64,000 bases of DNA from Promethearchaeota archaeon (GTDB taxonomy: Archaea; Asgardarchaeota; Heimdallarchaeia; Hodarchaeales; Hodarchaeaceae), in the NCBI GenBank assembly GCA_048938105.1, contig JBHLMN010000003.1, forward strand, positions 160,001 through 224,000, read 5' to 3'. The position numbers and the translations under genes are program-made. Shown here one piece after another: positions 40,958 to 50,824 of the stretch; the stretch's first letter is position 1; every line of letters begins with the position of its first letter. The notes under the pieces are model-generated. The model made no database searches, was not told the origin of the DNA, and saw only the letters and a program-made list of their open reading frames with translations.

Positions 40958-42337
40958 TTACATGTAATCTATAGCTTCAATGAGACTATTCTCAAATACT
41001 TCTAAAATATGATCAGAGTCCTCACGAGTGATAATTAATGGGGGTTTTATTTTTAGGATATTCCTAAAGAGTTTTCCACTATCTGAGGATATGGGGGCAG
41101 AATGACCAAAGATGACTCCCTGACTCATAGCCTCCTCAATGAGATCGGAGCATAAAGCATTAGCAGGTTCTTTAGTTTCAGGATCTTTGATGAGCTCAAT
41201 TCCAATAAAAAGCCCTGGACACCTAATATCTCCAATAACATCATATTTTTTTTGCAATTGCTTTAATTTGGATGTTAGGTAATCACCCTGTTCACGAGTG
41301 TTTTTTAAAAGATCAGCTTTTTCAATATAGTTGAGAAACACCAAACCCGAGGCAAACATGAGCGGATTAGCACCGAAAGTCGTGTGTTCCTCTGCAGCAT
41401 TGAATCCAATCAAATTATCTCTAGCAATTGTTACTCCCATTGGTAAACCACCACCAATTGCCTTTGTAAGACAAGTAATGTCAGGAATAACTCCATTATA
41501 GTAATCTGATGCAAACCAATAACCAATACGAGTAAAAACTTGTGATTCATCAAAAATTAAGAAGATATCATTCTTTTGAGTGAATTGTTGAAGTCCTTGA
41601 AGATATCTTTCAGGAGCAGGGATGTGACCACCTGGTGCTTGTAATGGCTCCATCAATATTCCACATACTTTGTCAACTGATCCATACTCAATCATATATT
41701 TTGCAAGTTCTAAACACTCTAAATGACAGGTTTTCTCACTCTCTTGGCCCATAGGACAACGATAACAATAAGGAAAAGGTATTTTAGAGACTTTATCAAA
41801 ACCCCAAGGCCGAAAGCGCGTCACGCCAGCAAATCGAGTAGAAAGGGTCATAGTAGCTAGGGAACTACCATGATAACTTCGAGTAAAGGTATAGAAATGT
41901 TCTGCATCTGGTTTATTAATCATAGCTAAACGTAAAGCAGCTTCAACAGCTGCTCCGCCCCCCATTGCATTAACCGCGATCTTTTTTAGGTTTCCAGGGG
42001 TAATACTAGCCAATTTGTGAATGAATTTAATACGAGGAACAGTTGGAAAACCATAACGAACATGGGTCAACCGTTTTAATTGTTCCCCTACAGCAAACGC
42101 AACATCAGGATTGGCAAAGCCAATATTACATGTCCATGCTTGAGCCGTACAATCCAAAAATTCTTTCCCAGTATAATCTTTTAAGTAAGCTCCATGACCT
42201 TCAAGAAATAATTGATCATAGAAAGGTACTAAGCTTTTTTTATGAACCTCATCTATTTCATTATCAGTTATGTCTGTGATCCAAGATAATATTTCATCAT
42301 CTTTGAAAAGTCGTTTTTGATGCTCCATTTTCATCAT
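40958..42337 (-). CDS. Class III PLP aminotransferase
   Basis: SYHG, MEPLQ, IFDESQ..RIG, TKAIGGG, TTFGANP. Confidence 0.9.
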   Translation of the reverse strand: MMKMEHQKRLFKDDEILSWITDITDNEIDEVHKKSLVPFYDQLFLEGHGAYLKDYTGKEFLDCTAQAWTCNIGFANPDVAFAVGEQLKRLTHVRYGFPTVPRIKFIHKLASITPGNLKKIAVNAMGGGAAVEAALRLAMINKPDAEHFYTFTRSYHGSSLATMTLSTRFAGVTRFRPWGFDKVSKIPFPYCYRCPMGQESEKTCHLECLELAKYMIEYGSVDKVCGILMEPLQAPGGHIPAPERYLQGLQQFTQKNDIFLIFDESQVFTRIGYWFASDYYNGVIPDITCLTKAIGGGLPMGVTIARDNLIGFNAAEEHTTFGANPLMFASGLVFLNYIEKADLLKNTREQGDYLTSKLKQLQKKYDVIGDIRCPGLFIGIELIKDPETKEPANALCSDLIEEAMSQGVIFGHSAPISSDSGKLFRNILKIKPPLIITREDSDHILEVFENSLIEAIDYM

Positions 42338-42521
42338 TCAGCCTTTAGGTTAGTTTATACTATAAAGAACTGTGATGGTTAAGAATTTTTCTAGATGCTC
42401 CTAGTTTCCCCTTACAAATGACATCTATGACTATATATCATGAAAAATACAATATAGAGATGATAATAATTCTTGATTCAAATCAAGAAAATTAATCAAT
42501 AACTAGAAGAGAATAAAACAA

Positions 42522-42899
42522 TCATTCACGGATTCGTTCTTTCATACTAAATGGAAGATCCCCATATTCTTCAGTTAATAGCTTCGTGAATCTAATTTTA
42601 TATTTCTCTTTAGGTAATGGGTTAACTCGTTCAAAATACAATGTAGCTAGAGTTTTAACAGAGAATTTAACTGGATTCTGCTCTGTTATTTCCTTATTAT
42701 TCACTTTCTCTCCATCGAGATCAATTGTAAAATCTTTAAACTTCTCTTTTTCTATTGATTCGCTTTTAATCTCCAGTTTTATTGGAGCGATAATAGTTGC
42801 ATCACTTATAGTATTTTTCATTTGGAGTTGGAATCCACTCTCATTATTCTTGAACGATTTTTTTACAAATAACTGACGTAGTAAATCCTCGTTTACCAT
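42522..42899 (-). CDS. Small hypothetical protein
   Basis: 125-aa ORF with GGAG SD-like motif upstream. Confidence 0.65.
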   Translation of the reverse strand: MVNEDLLRQLFVKKSFKNNESGFQLQMKNTISDATIIAPIKLEIKSESIEKEKFKDFTIDLDGEKVNNKEITEQNPVKFSVKTLATLYFERVNPLPKEKYKIRFTKLLTEEYGDLPFSMKERIRE

Positions 42900-43115
42900 A
42901 ATTTAATACTCCTTTGTGAAATATAAAGCATAGGAGGGTATTTCATACCTCCAATCATGAAATAGAAAATTATACTTTAAATTTATTGATAATATATTTT
43001 TTGAGAGCTATTATATCATGAAGATAATAGCCAGATATTTGGGAACATTTATGAGATTAATAATTAAAAATAAGACTCAAGATAATAATTCTGATTTATG
43101 GATAGATGAAAAGAG

Positions 43116-46064
43116 ATGAAGAAGCATAACTGGGGAATTACTTTTATTTTGATATTTTGTTTGATTTCTGTTTTTTCGGCCACAAAGACCACAGAATCTT
43201 CAAATAGTAAATTATCTAGACCTCTAGAAACACCCCAAGCGACCTTTTCTATCGCTGATAGTGAGGGCCCCATTATTGGATTACCATCTTTAAATAACAC
43301 GAATCCTAATAGTGATGAAGGTGTTGAGGTAACGTTTCCTATTGATGATATTGACGGTGTGCAAAATGCGACATTATTCTGGGAATATACTTTCAATAAC
43401 AGTCAATATAATCACACGGTTTACAATACAATTAGCGATCGTGAAATTCGTTTAAGAAATACTGACTTTCCTAATCCTGTCTATATTTATCAGACTGGTG
43501 TAGAAAGCCCATCTATAACAAATTGGGTATATGGTGAATACATCTTTAATGAATCATGTGTTTCAGTGATAGATATAACAATCGAAGGAGATTTTCGTTC
43601 CAATTTAGTTTATGTCCTTATCCAAGCAAAGAATATTTCTACAGGCTTATGGCAAACTGTCCATGAGAATGGTGCTGATGGATATACGCAAACTCTACCA
43701 GGAAATGATGAAGATTATTATAGTAACGACCTTACACTTGGTTATAAAATCAGTGCGGTAACATATAATAGTGGTGGGGATCCTAATCCTCCTGAATTTG
43801 ATACTCTTGACATTTGGCGAGAGGAAGTTGTGTGGGATATTCCTGCGGCAAACAAAGCTACTTTTGTAGACTATTATGTTAGAGCATTTGATGACCTTAA
43901 CCAAAGTATTTTGTCGCCCACATACACCTTCCTCATGGATTATACCCCTTCTGTATCAATTATGGCGGTACCACCTGTTCTTAGTGCAAACGACGACTAT
44001 ATTCTTAATGTTTCAGTAATAGACCGAGATGGAACAGTAAACAAAAGCAGTGGTGTTGCTTATTATCAATTTGTTGGTGATACCAATTGGACTGCAATTA
44101 GTTTGAATCATCAATATAAAATACCAACTGTACCATATCCAACTCACTTTTTTAATGGTACAATTCCAGCTAGTAACCTTGGAAATGTTGAGACTTATTT
44201 GATTGTTAGGGTTAATGTTTCTGACATGGTAGAAGACAAAAAAGGACGCGAAGGGACTTCTGGAGATCGTTGGATTCGTATCGATAGCCTAGCCCCGAGA
44301 GTTAGCGATATATCGATCGATGGTGGGACTATTATTGAGAATGTTACGTTACCCACTTCACCAGTGTATATCGAAGCAGAATTCGTGGATGCAAGGGGAA
44401 TTAAGTCAGTATTCATCTATTATTCCCTACCAAATGGAACAATACCAATCAAAAAGGAAATGACAAATTTATCATTCACGAGTCCCTATGATTCTCCTGT
44501 ATGGTTTAATGTCACCTTACCTAAGTCAAACATAACTGCTTTTGTAGAGTACTTTTTCGAAACAGAAGACTTTTTTGGAAATAAAGGAAATACTTCGGTA
44601 AATTTCTATTATTCAGACGGATCAGGACCAGTATTAGATACTCTTTCCCTATATCCATCTGTTATTAGTAACTATACTAAAGTACTTGTCCTTTTCAATT
44701 CATCTGATTATTCTGGAACAATGCAATCAGTAGTTTGGTATAGTTTTGACAATCAAATATCTTGGATACCTATTGGGGCTAATCAAATTAATTATCAAGC
44801 CAATATGGACTCAGAAACTTTCACAGCAACTGATCTTCATTATATAAAAGATAACGCAATGAGTTATTTCCCTCTTGAAGTAATTCGAAGCATACCTGTA
44901 GATGAAGCAATATTAACGTTTGAAATAACTCATGAAATGCCCACTGATTTACGAATTTGGCTCAAATTAGACGATGGCAGACGATTCTTACTCTATGATC
45001 GTGAACCTGGTCCAAATACTTTTACCAGAAATATTGATCTTACAAATTTAGGCATTAACGAAAATGATTTCACTAAGGGGAATTTTACTCTGGAAATTCA
45101 AGATTTTTCAGATATCTATTCTGGGTCAATCTTAAATTTCGAAATTGAAATTAGGGATTATAAGTATCCACTTGGCTACCAATATTACGTAGAGATTCCA
45201 GCTTCAGTAAATGATACAATAGTGTTTTTCTATATCAATATGACGGATAATCTGTGGAATTCAGAAAACACCTCCCTCTATCAATACTATGCAGATGGTA
45301 CCGCTCCAAATATAAATATGATACAACTTTCATCACCCATGAATCTTGCTGGAAAACATTATATTCGAGTATCTGCAAATATTATAGATCAAGGAGGTGT
45401 TTTTGGAGCAGATGCTTACTACAAATTTTCTGAGGACGATTATTGGGTTATAGGTACAATGTCTCTAAACAGTACATCAGGAAATTACTTCTTTGATGTT
45501 CCCATTTCCAGTGAAAATGGAACATTGTTTTATAAAGTCCGTGCTTTTGATCTTGCAGGACTTTCATCGGAAACAGCAGTATATTCAGTAAGTTACTCTC
45601 ATGGTCTAGCTCCATTTATCGAAATTCAAGGAATTCCTTACCCATCCCCACTTGATATGGAAGGTAAAAATACAATCAGGATTTGGGCTAATGTTACAGA
45701 TTTTGATGGACAAGTTGTCAACTGCACTATTGGTTACCGATTTACTGATGCTGATGAATGGAAATTTGAGGACATGGTTTATGATGAGGAGACAGGTTAC
45801 TATTACTTCGATGTCAAAGTCAATACAAAGAGTGGTAATTTGACTTTCATCATCGTGGCTTCTGATAATCTGGACTTAACATCGGAAAGTGACCCCTATA
45901 CAATTGAATTCGTTAATGCTGGTACCACTCCTGGACTTCCAACTGATCTTCTCCTCTTTGGAACTGTTTTAGCTGTTGGCGGAGGTGGATCAATAGCAGC
46001 AATTGTTTATTTATCTAAAAAGGGAAAACTCAAACTTCCTGAGAGATTTAGTAGAGGAGACTGA
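43116..46064 (+). CDS. Large membrane-anchored surface protein with Ig-like repeats and a proprotein-convertase P-like domain
   Basis: Signal peptide; repeated D..GV..V.L.Y / V.YY..A.D..GN units; ITHEMPTDLRIWL..GNFTLEIQD..SGSI; C-terminal TM plus basic tail. Confidence 0.7.
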   Translation: MKKHNWGITFILIFCLISVFSATKTTESSNSKLSRPLETPQATFSIADSEGPIIGLPSLNNTNPNSDEGVEVTFPIDDIDGVQNATLFWEYTFNNSQYNHTVYNTISDREIRLRNTDFPNPVYIYQTGVESPSITNWVYGEYIFNESCVSVIDITIEGDFRSNLVYVLIQAKNISTGLWQTVHENGADGYTQTLPGNDEDYYSNDLTLGYKISAVTYNSGGDPNPPEFDTLDIWREEVVWDIPAANKATFVDYYVRAFDDLNQSILSPTYTFLMDYTPSVSIMAVPPVLSANDDYILNVSVIDRDGTVNKSSGVAYYQFVGDTNWTAISLNHQYKIPTVPYPTHFFNGTIPASNLGNVETYLIVRVNVSDMVEDKKGREGTSGDRWIRIDSLAPRVSDISIDGGTIIENVTLPTSPVYIEAEFVDARGIKSVFIYYSLPNGTIPIKKEMTNLSFTSPYDSPVWFNVTLPKSNITAFVEYFFETEDFFGNKGNTSVNFYYSDGSGPVLDTLSLYPSVISNYTKVLVLFNSSDYSGTMQSVVWYSFDNQISWIPIGANQINYQANMDSETFTATDLHYIKDNAMSYFPLEVIRSIPVDEAILTFEITHEMPTDLRIWLKLDDGRRFLLYDREPGPNTFTRNIDLTNLGINENDFTKGNFTLEIQDFSDIYSGSILNFEIEIRDYKYPLGYQYYVEIPASVNDTIVFFYINMTDNLWNSENTSLYQYYADGTAPNINMIQLSSPMNLAGKHYIRVSANIIDQGGVFGADAYYKFSEDDYWVIGTMSLNSTSGNYFFDVPISSENGTLFYKVRAFDLAGLSSETAVYSVSYSHGLAPFIEIQGIPYPSPLDMEGKNTIRIWANVTDFDGQVVNCTIGYRFTDADEWKFEDMVYDEETGYYYFDVKVNTKSGNLTFIIVASDNLDLTSESDPYTIEFVNAGTTPGLPTDLLLFGTVLAVGGGGSIAAIVYLSKKGKLKLPERFSRGD

Positions 46065-46066
46065 AT

Positions 46067-46110
46067 GAGAAATTAAGAATTTTCTTAGTTTCCTCTTATT
46101 TTCTTTTTAT
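46067..46110. terminator. Hairpin plus T-tract between convergent genes
   Basis: GAAATTAAGA/TCTTAGTTTC inverted repeat followed by a T-rich run. Confidence 0.4.
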
Positions 46111-46111
46111 G

Positions 46112-47308
46112 TTAAAAATCGATCTCTTTACCTGTAAAAACACACTCAACGATTTTCTCGAAATCCTCATAATCTAATGGTCGTGGATTTGAGAGAGATC
46201 CTGAATCATTCAACGCATATTCAATCAAGCTCTCACGATTTGTTTCATATTGTTCCTTAGTGACTTTCATATCTTGTAACGAAAGAGGTAGTTCGAATTT
46301 GATCAGTAGGTCTTTAAACGCGTTAATTAGCTTGGATGTTAATTCCTCATCAGAAGCTCCATTCATATCAACTAAACGAGCTAAATCAGCAATTCGTTGT
46401 GGCTCAGTATTCTTATTATACATTAAAGAATACCAACACATTGTCCCAATGCAAACTGAATGAGGAATTTTAAACACAGCTCCTATACTGTGGGCTAAGG
46501 AATGAGATAAGATAATTTGAGAATTACCAAAACCCCAGCCTGCCATGGTGGCGGCATTATGAAGTTTCTCAAGCGTTTCTGTATCTATTTCACCATTTCG
46601 GCCCTGTTTGATTGCAATTGGAAGGTTTTCCCACACGAGCTTAAAGGAATGTCTTAATAAAGCGTCTGAGAAGTCGTTCCGCCAATCAGAAAGGTAACCA
46701 TCGATTGAATGACACAAAGCATCCATCCCAGTGCCTGCACGAAGAAGAAGAGGCATTGTTTTTGTAAAAATAGGATCGAGAATAATCACATCCCCAACGA
46801 GTTCACGATTAGCAAATGAAGCTTTACGATCAACTTTATCAGATTCATCAGTGAGAACCGCGGCCCAGGTAGCATCACTCCCTGTCCCACTCGTTGTAGG
46901 GATGTTAATTAATTTACATTTTGTTTTTTCTCTGAGATTTATAGCTCCAACTGGATCGAGCCCCTCGATTGCATCAAGGCCCTTATCGAAATCAGCCCAG
47001 ATTGGCCACATCCCTTTAGCTGAATCAAGGACACTACCCCCACCCAACGCAATAATGACATCTGGCTGACTTTTAGCTAATATTTTGGCTCCTTTTTGGA
47101 CAATCTGTAAAGTTGGTTCACCAAGGATTTCATCAAATACCGTTATCTTAGTATTATTCTTTTTCAGCTTTTCTTCGACTTTCTTGAGATGTAATTTCTT
47201 CATTGTAGGATCAGTTACAATGAAGACATGCTTAAAAGTCTGTTCAGTAAGATAATCTAAAGCATCTTCACCAAATATTACTTTACGCGGATTAGTAAAA
47301 TCCCACAT
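46112..47308 (-). CDS. Iron-containing alcohol dehydrogenase
   Basis: GGGSVLD, PTTSGTGS, DALCH, HSLAH, IPH. Confidence 0.92.
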   Translation of the reverse strand: MWDFTNPRKVIFGEDALDYLTEQTFKHVFIVTDPTMKKLHLKKVEEKLKKNNTKITVFDEILGEPTLQIVQKGAKILAKSQPDVIIALGGGSVLDSAKGMWPIWADFDKGLDAIEGLDPVGAINLREKTKCKLINIPTTSGTGSDATWAAVLTDESDKVDRKASFANRELVGDVIILDPIFTKTMPLLLRAGTGMDALCHSIDGYLSDWRNDFSDALLRHSFKLVWENLPIAIKQGRNGEIDTETLEKLHNAATMAGWGFGNSQIILSHSLAHSIGAVFKIPHSVCIGTMCWYSLMYNKNTEPQRIADLARLVDMNGASDEELTSKLINAFKDLLIKFELPLSLQDMKVTKEQYETNRESLIEYALNDSGSLSNPRPLDYEDFEKIVECVFTGKEIDF

Positions 47309-47339
47309 CTTTTAAGGCTCCCTTACGAGTGAAAAATGA

Positions 47340-47777
47340 TCACGGATACTCTACATCTTCGATCTGTGTGCATTTGACAAGTTCCTGTGTGGCTTTCACA
47401 GCACGTAACATTTTAGCCATATTTTTGGGACTACATTGGACTTTGAATTTACGTTGAAGAACCCCCTTTAATGGATCCAGTGTCGTATCGAAAACCTTTA
47501 ACCAATGGCCATATTTGCCGCCAAAAATATATGCTACGTTTTCTGGGGCAGGTTTTTCAGGAGTTACGTAATAAGCTCCTCGACATTTGCCATGCCACAG
47601 ATCCACGTATACCCTTCGTTCCTCAGTAAAGGTACCTGTACCATCAGGAGTAAATATGAATACAAAATCTCCTTCCCAAGTAGCAGCTGCTTTTGCGTAC
47701 GCTTCACTTCCGTTAAGTTTCTTCACAACAGCATCTAGCCACTCCTGTTCGCCGAATATGATTTTATCATTACCCAT
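47340..47777 (-). CDS. SCP2 sterol/lipid-carrier domain protein
   Basis: EWL..LN.SEAYAKAAATWEGDF..DLWHGKC..LDP.KG...K; ATG at 47777 with GAGGAG upstream. Confidence 0.75.
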   Translation of the reverse strand: MGNDKIIFGEQEWLDAVVKKLNGSEAYAKAAATWEGDFVFIFTPDGTGTFTEERRVYVDLWHGKCRGAYYVTPEKPAPENVAYIFGGKYGHWLKVFDTTLDPLKGVLQRKFKVQCSPKNMAKMLRAVKATQELVKCTQIEDVEYP

Positions 47778-47961
47778 TTTATCATTCCTCCTAAATTGAC
47801 CAATTAATTGTATTAGTTTGAGAATATTAGGACACGATTTAAGAGTTACTGTGAGTGCCTCACCCATTCTAAACTTTACAATAGCTAAATAAATTGAAGA
47901 TAGAGAAAAAACTAAAAACCTAAATAATGAAACCAATTCAGTATTTTGGGGTATTTATAAA

Positions 47962-49836
47962 ATGTATGGTTATATAGGTAAGATATTACGAGTGAACCTG
48001 TCAAATGGAACAATAACGGAAGAATTTCCTGATAATGATACTTTGAAAATGTTTCTAGGGGGAGCGGGACTAGCAACTAAATATCTCTTCGATGAAGTCA
48101 AAGCAGGAATCGATCCTCTGGGTCCTGAAAATAAACTTATTTTCATGACTGGCCCGATGACTGGTACTTCATCTCCTAGCACAGGACGATATTCAGTAGT
48201 TGCTAAATCTCCTCTTACAGGATTCTGGGGTCATGCGAACTCAGGAGGGTTTTGGGGGCGAGATCTCAAGAGATCAGGCTTTGATGGGGTTATTTTCGAG
48301 GGAGTCTCTGAAAAACCCGTCTATCTTGTAACTGATGAAGGAAAATTCGAACTAAAAGATGCTACGCATCTTTGGGGTAAAAACACCTCAGAAACAACAA
48401 GACTAATCAAAGAAGAGCTTGGAGAGAAGTTCAATGTCGCTTGTATAGGAATTGGAGGAGAAAATTTAGTCAAGTTCGCGGCAATAATGAATGATGCTAA
48501 TGAAGCAAATTGGGGTCGGGCTGCTGGAAGATGTGGTTTAGGAGCAGTTATGGGATCTAAAAAGTTGAAAGCTGTCGCCTCACGGGGCACAGCAAAAATC
48601 AATGTTTCAGATCCAGCTAAATATAAAGAGGAGGCGAAGAAGCGGTTCGATTGGGTAAATCAGAGCTTGTTAAAAATATCCCTCGAAGTATTCGGAACAG
48701 CTGTAATGCTTGATCTTGTTAATGAAAAAGGTGGATTTCCTACCAGAAATTTTCAACTTGGGATGTTTAAGGAATCAGCGAAAATTAATGGTGAGGCGAT
48801 TAATGATAACATACTCGTTGAAAGAAAACCATGTTTTGCATGTCCCATCCATTGTGGAAGGATCTCGGAAATTAAAACAGGACCATACTCTAGCAAGGGA
48901 GAAGGGCCAGAATATGAGTCACTATGCTCTCTTGGTAGTATGTGTGACATCGATAACCTAGAGGCAATCACATATGCTCACTTTCTATGCAATGAGTATG
49001 GTTTAGATTCGATATCTACAGGAGCAACAATTGCCTTTGCAATGGAGTGTGTTGAAAAGGGAATTCTATCTGATACTGATGGATTAGAGATTAGCTTTGG
49101 TGATGCAAATGTCATGCTTGAACTTGTTCATCGAATTGCTAAAAGAGAAGGAAAACTTGGAAATTTGTTAGCTGAAGGGACAAAGGTTATTTCTGAAAAA
49201 TTGGGCCACGGATCCGAAAAATTTGCCATGCATGTTAAAGGTCTCGAATTACCAGCATATGATAGTAGATCAGCAAAGATAACAGGTGTAGGATTCGCTA
49301 CTGCTAATCGTGGAGGAGACCATATGACTTCTTTCATTGAGGGACCTACCTTTTTGGCTCTACCATTCACTCTTGTTGATGGTGAACTAAGTGATGACCT
49401 AGAAGCAACTCCAGAGGATACTAGAATTCTCAAAGATTATGAGGATGCTTTTGGTGTATTTGACTCCATTGGTGGTTGTAAGTTCATGGGAATGGTACTT
49501 ACAGGAGAGGACTGGGCAACATTAATTGCCACACTCTTCGGTTGGGAAGACTTCACTGAAAAGGATTTTCGAAAAACAGGTGAAAGAATTTTTAATCTTC
49601 AAAGAGCCTATAATATCAGAGAAGGGTTAACCAGAGCTGATGATACACTTCCAAAACGGTTATTAGAAGAACCAATGCCTGAGGGGCCCGCGAAAGGACA
49701 TACGGTGGATCTGGAACCTCTTTTGGACGCTTATTACGCAAATCGAGGATGGAATAAAGATGGAATCCCAACTTCTGATAAACTTCAAGAATTAGGATTA
49801 GATTGGTTATCGAAAGAGATAAGCAAAGATTATTAA
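47962..49836 (+). CDS. aor: Tungsten aldehyde:ferredoxin oxidoreductase family protein
   Basis: KSPLTG, GRCGLGAVMGSKKLKA, CFACPIHC, EGPEYE, DDTLP. Confidence 0.92.
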   Translation: MYGYIGKILRVNLSNGTITEEFPDNDTLKMFLGGAGLATKYLFDEVKAGIDPLGPENKLIFMTGPMTGTSSPSTGRYSVVAKSPLTGFWGHANSGGFWGRDLKRSGFDGVIFEGVSEKPVYLVTDEGKFELKDATHLWGKNTSETTRLIKEELGEKFNVACIGIGGENLVKFAAIMNDANEANWGRAAGRCGLGAVMGSKKLKAVASRGTAKINVSDPAKYKEEAKKRFDWVNQSLLKISLEVFGTAVMLDLVNEKGGFPTRNFQLGMFKESAKINGEAINDNILVERKPCFACPIHCGRISEIKTGPYSSKGEGPEYESLCSLGSMCDIDNLEAITYAHFLCNEYGLDSISTGATIAFAMECVEKGILSDTDGLEISFGDANVMLELVHRIAKREGKLGNLLAEGTKVISEKLGHGSEKFAMHVKGLELPAYDSRSAKITGVGFATANRGGDHMTSFIEGPTFLALPFTLVDGELSDDLEATPEDTRILKDYEDAFGVFDSIGGCKFMGMVLTGEDWATLIATLFGWEDFTEKDFRKTGERIFNLQRAYNIREGLTRADDTLPKRLLEEPMPEGPAKGHTVDLEPLLDAYYANRGWNKDGIPTSDKLQELGLDWLSKEISKDY

Positions 49837-49843
49837 TGGTAAC

Positions 49844-50725
49844 CTAAGTTTTTAACATCTTTCGCAGCTGTTCACGTTGAAGTAAGGTAGTTTTTCTTAA
49901 AAACCGATAGTGTTTCGATTTACGGGAGGGGATAGGAATCCTCTCTAGAGGAGCAGCAAACGCTCGTTCTACTACATTAAAATAATACTTCTCTTCAATT
50001 AACATCAAAAAACGAATAGACCACATAATTTTGTCAACGATTTCTCTTGCCGTGGGAAAGAAGTCAGGATCAGATTCTTTCCACCCTTTAGAACGAGTAT
50101 ATTCTTTAAATATCAAGGGTTCCCCGATTCGAATGGATATATTAGCCTTAAATCTTGGTATGAATTGTCCAGATCTCAACGCCTCATACGCACCATGAAG
50201 ATAGAACGGAATGATTGGGATTTTTCCATTGGTTTTCAAAATTATTCTTCCAACACCAGTACGACCTTCTTGCGCTAAATTATGAAAATCATGAAAAGGT
50301 GTACGCCCAATTCGCTTTCCTTGAGGAGAAATATATACCGCATAACCATGTTTCAAGAGTTTAATTGCGGTAGTTAGGGCAGGTTTTGGATTTTCTTTAA
50401 AAACGGGAAATGCACCAAGATAGCGAGTCAACCCAAAGAACTTATTTTCCATCATTGCTTTTCCAGATGCCATAAATGCTAAAAAGTCTCTTGAACCCTG
50501 GGGTTTTACGATTGCAGACCCAAATAAAACAGAATCAAGATGAGACTGATGATTTCCACAAAATATAACAGGTGTTCCCTCTGGGAGTTTGTTACTATGC
50601 TCTATACCATAAACATTAAACTTGAAGAAAAATCGGCTCCATAGGGGCACAAATGCTCTTATAAAACAATAAAAAGCTCTTTGAAGAAATGACCAATCCC
50701 TGAAAGAGGCTACATTGTACTTCAT
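49844..50725 (-). CDS. PlsC-like lysophospholipid acyltransferase
   Basis: NHQSHLD (HxxxxD), GAFPV, SPQGKR, PIIP. Confidence 0.8.
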   Translation of the reverse strand: MKYNVASFRDWSFLQRAFYCFIRAFVPLWSRFFFKFNVYGIEHSNKLPEGTPVIFCGNHQSHLDSVLFGSAIVKPQGSRDFLAFMASGKAMMENKFFGLTRYLGAFPVFKENPKPALTTAIKLLKHGYAVYISPQGKRIGRTPFHDFHNLAQEGRTGVGRIILKTNGKIPIIPFYLHGAYEALRSGQFIPRFKANISIRIGEPLIFKEYTRSKGWKESDPDFFPTAREIVDKIMWSIRFLMLIEEKYYFNVVERAFAAPLERIPIPSRKSKHYRFLRKTTLLQREQLRKMLKT

Positions 50726-50824
50726 TTTACTCTTAAAGTATTATAGGAGTTAATTATAAATGTTTAGGGATTATTAATATTATAACCTCTATTAAGTTTT
50801 TGACGGTTTTTCCTCTGTATAGAA

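Noticed and set aside
42933-42952. Small hairpin GGAGGGTAT-TTC-ATACCTCC between divergent genes
   Set aside because: Single short element with no second copy noticed; not enough to call an operator
46090-46118. TTATGTTAAAA resembling a dif XerD arm
   Set aside because: No matching left arm; coincides with a stop codon and terminator
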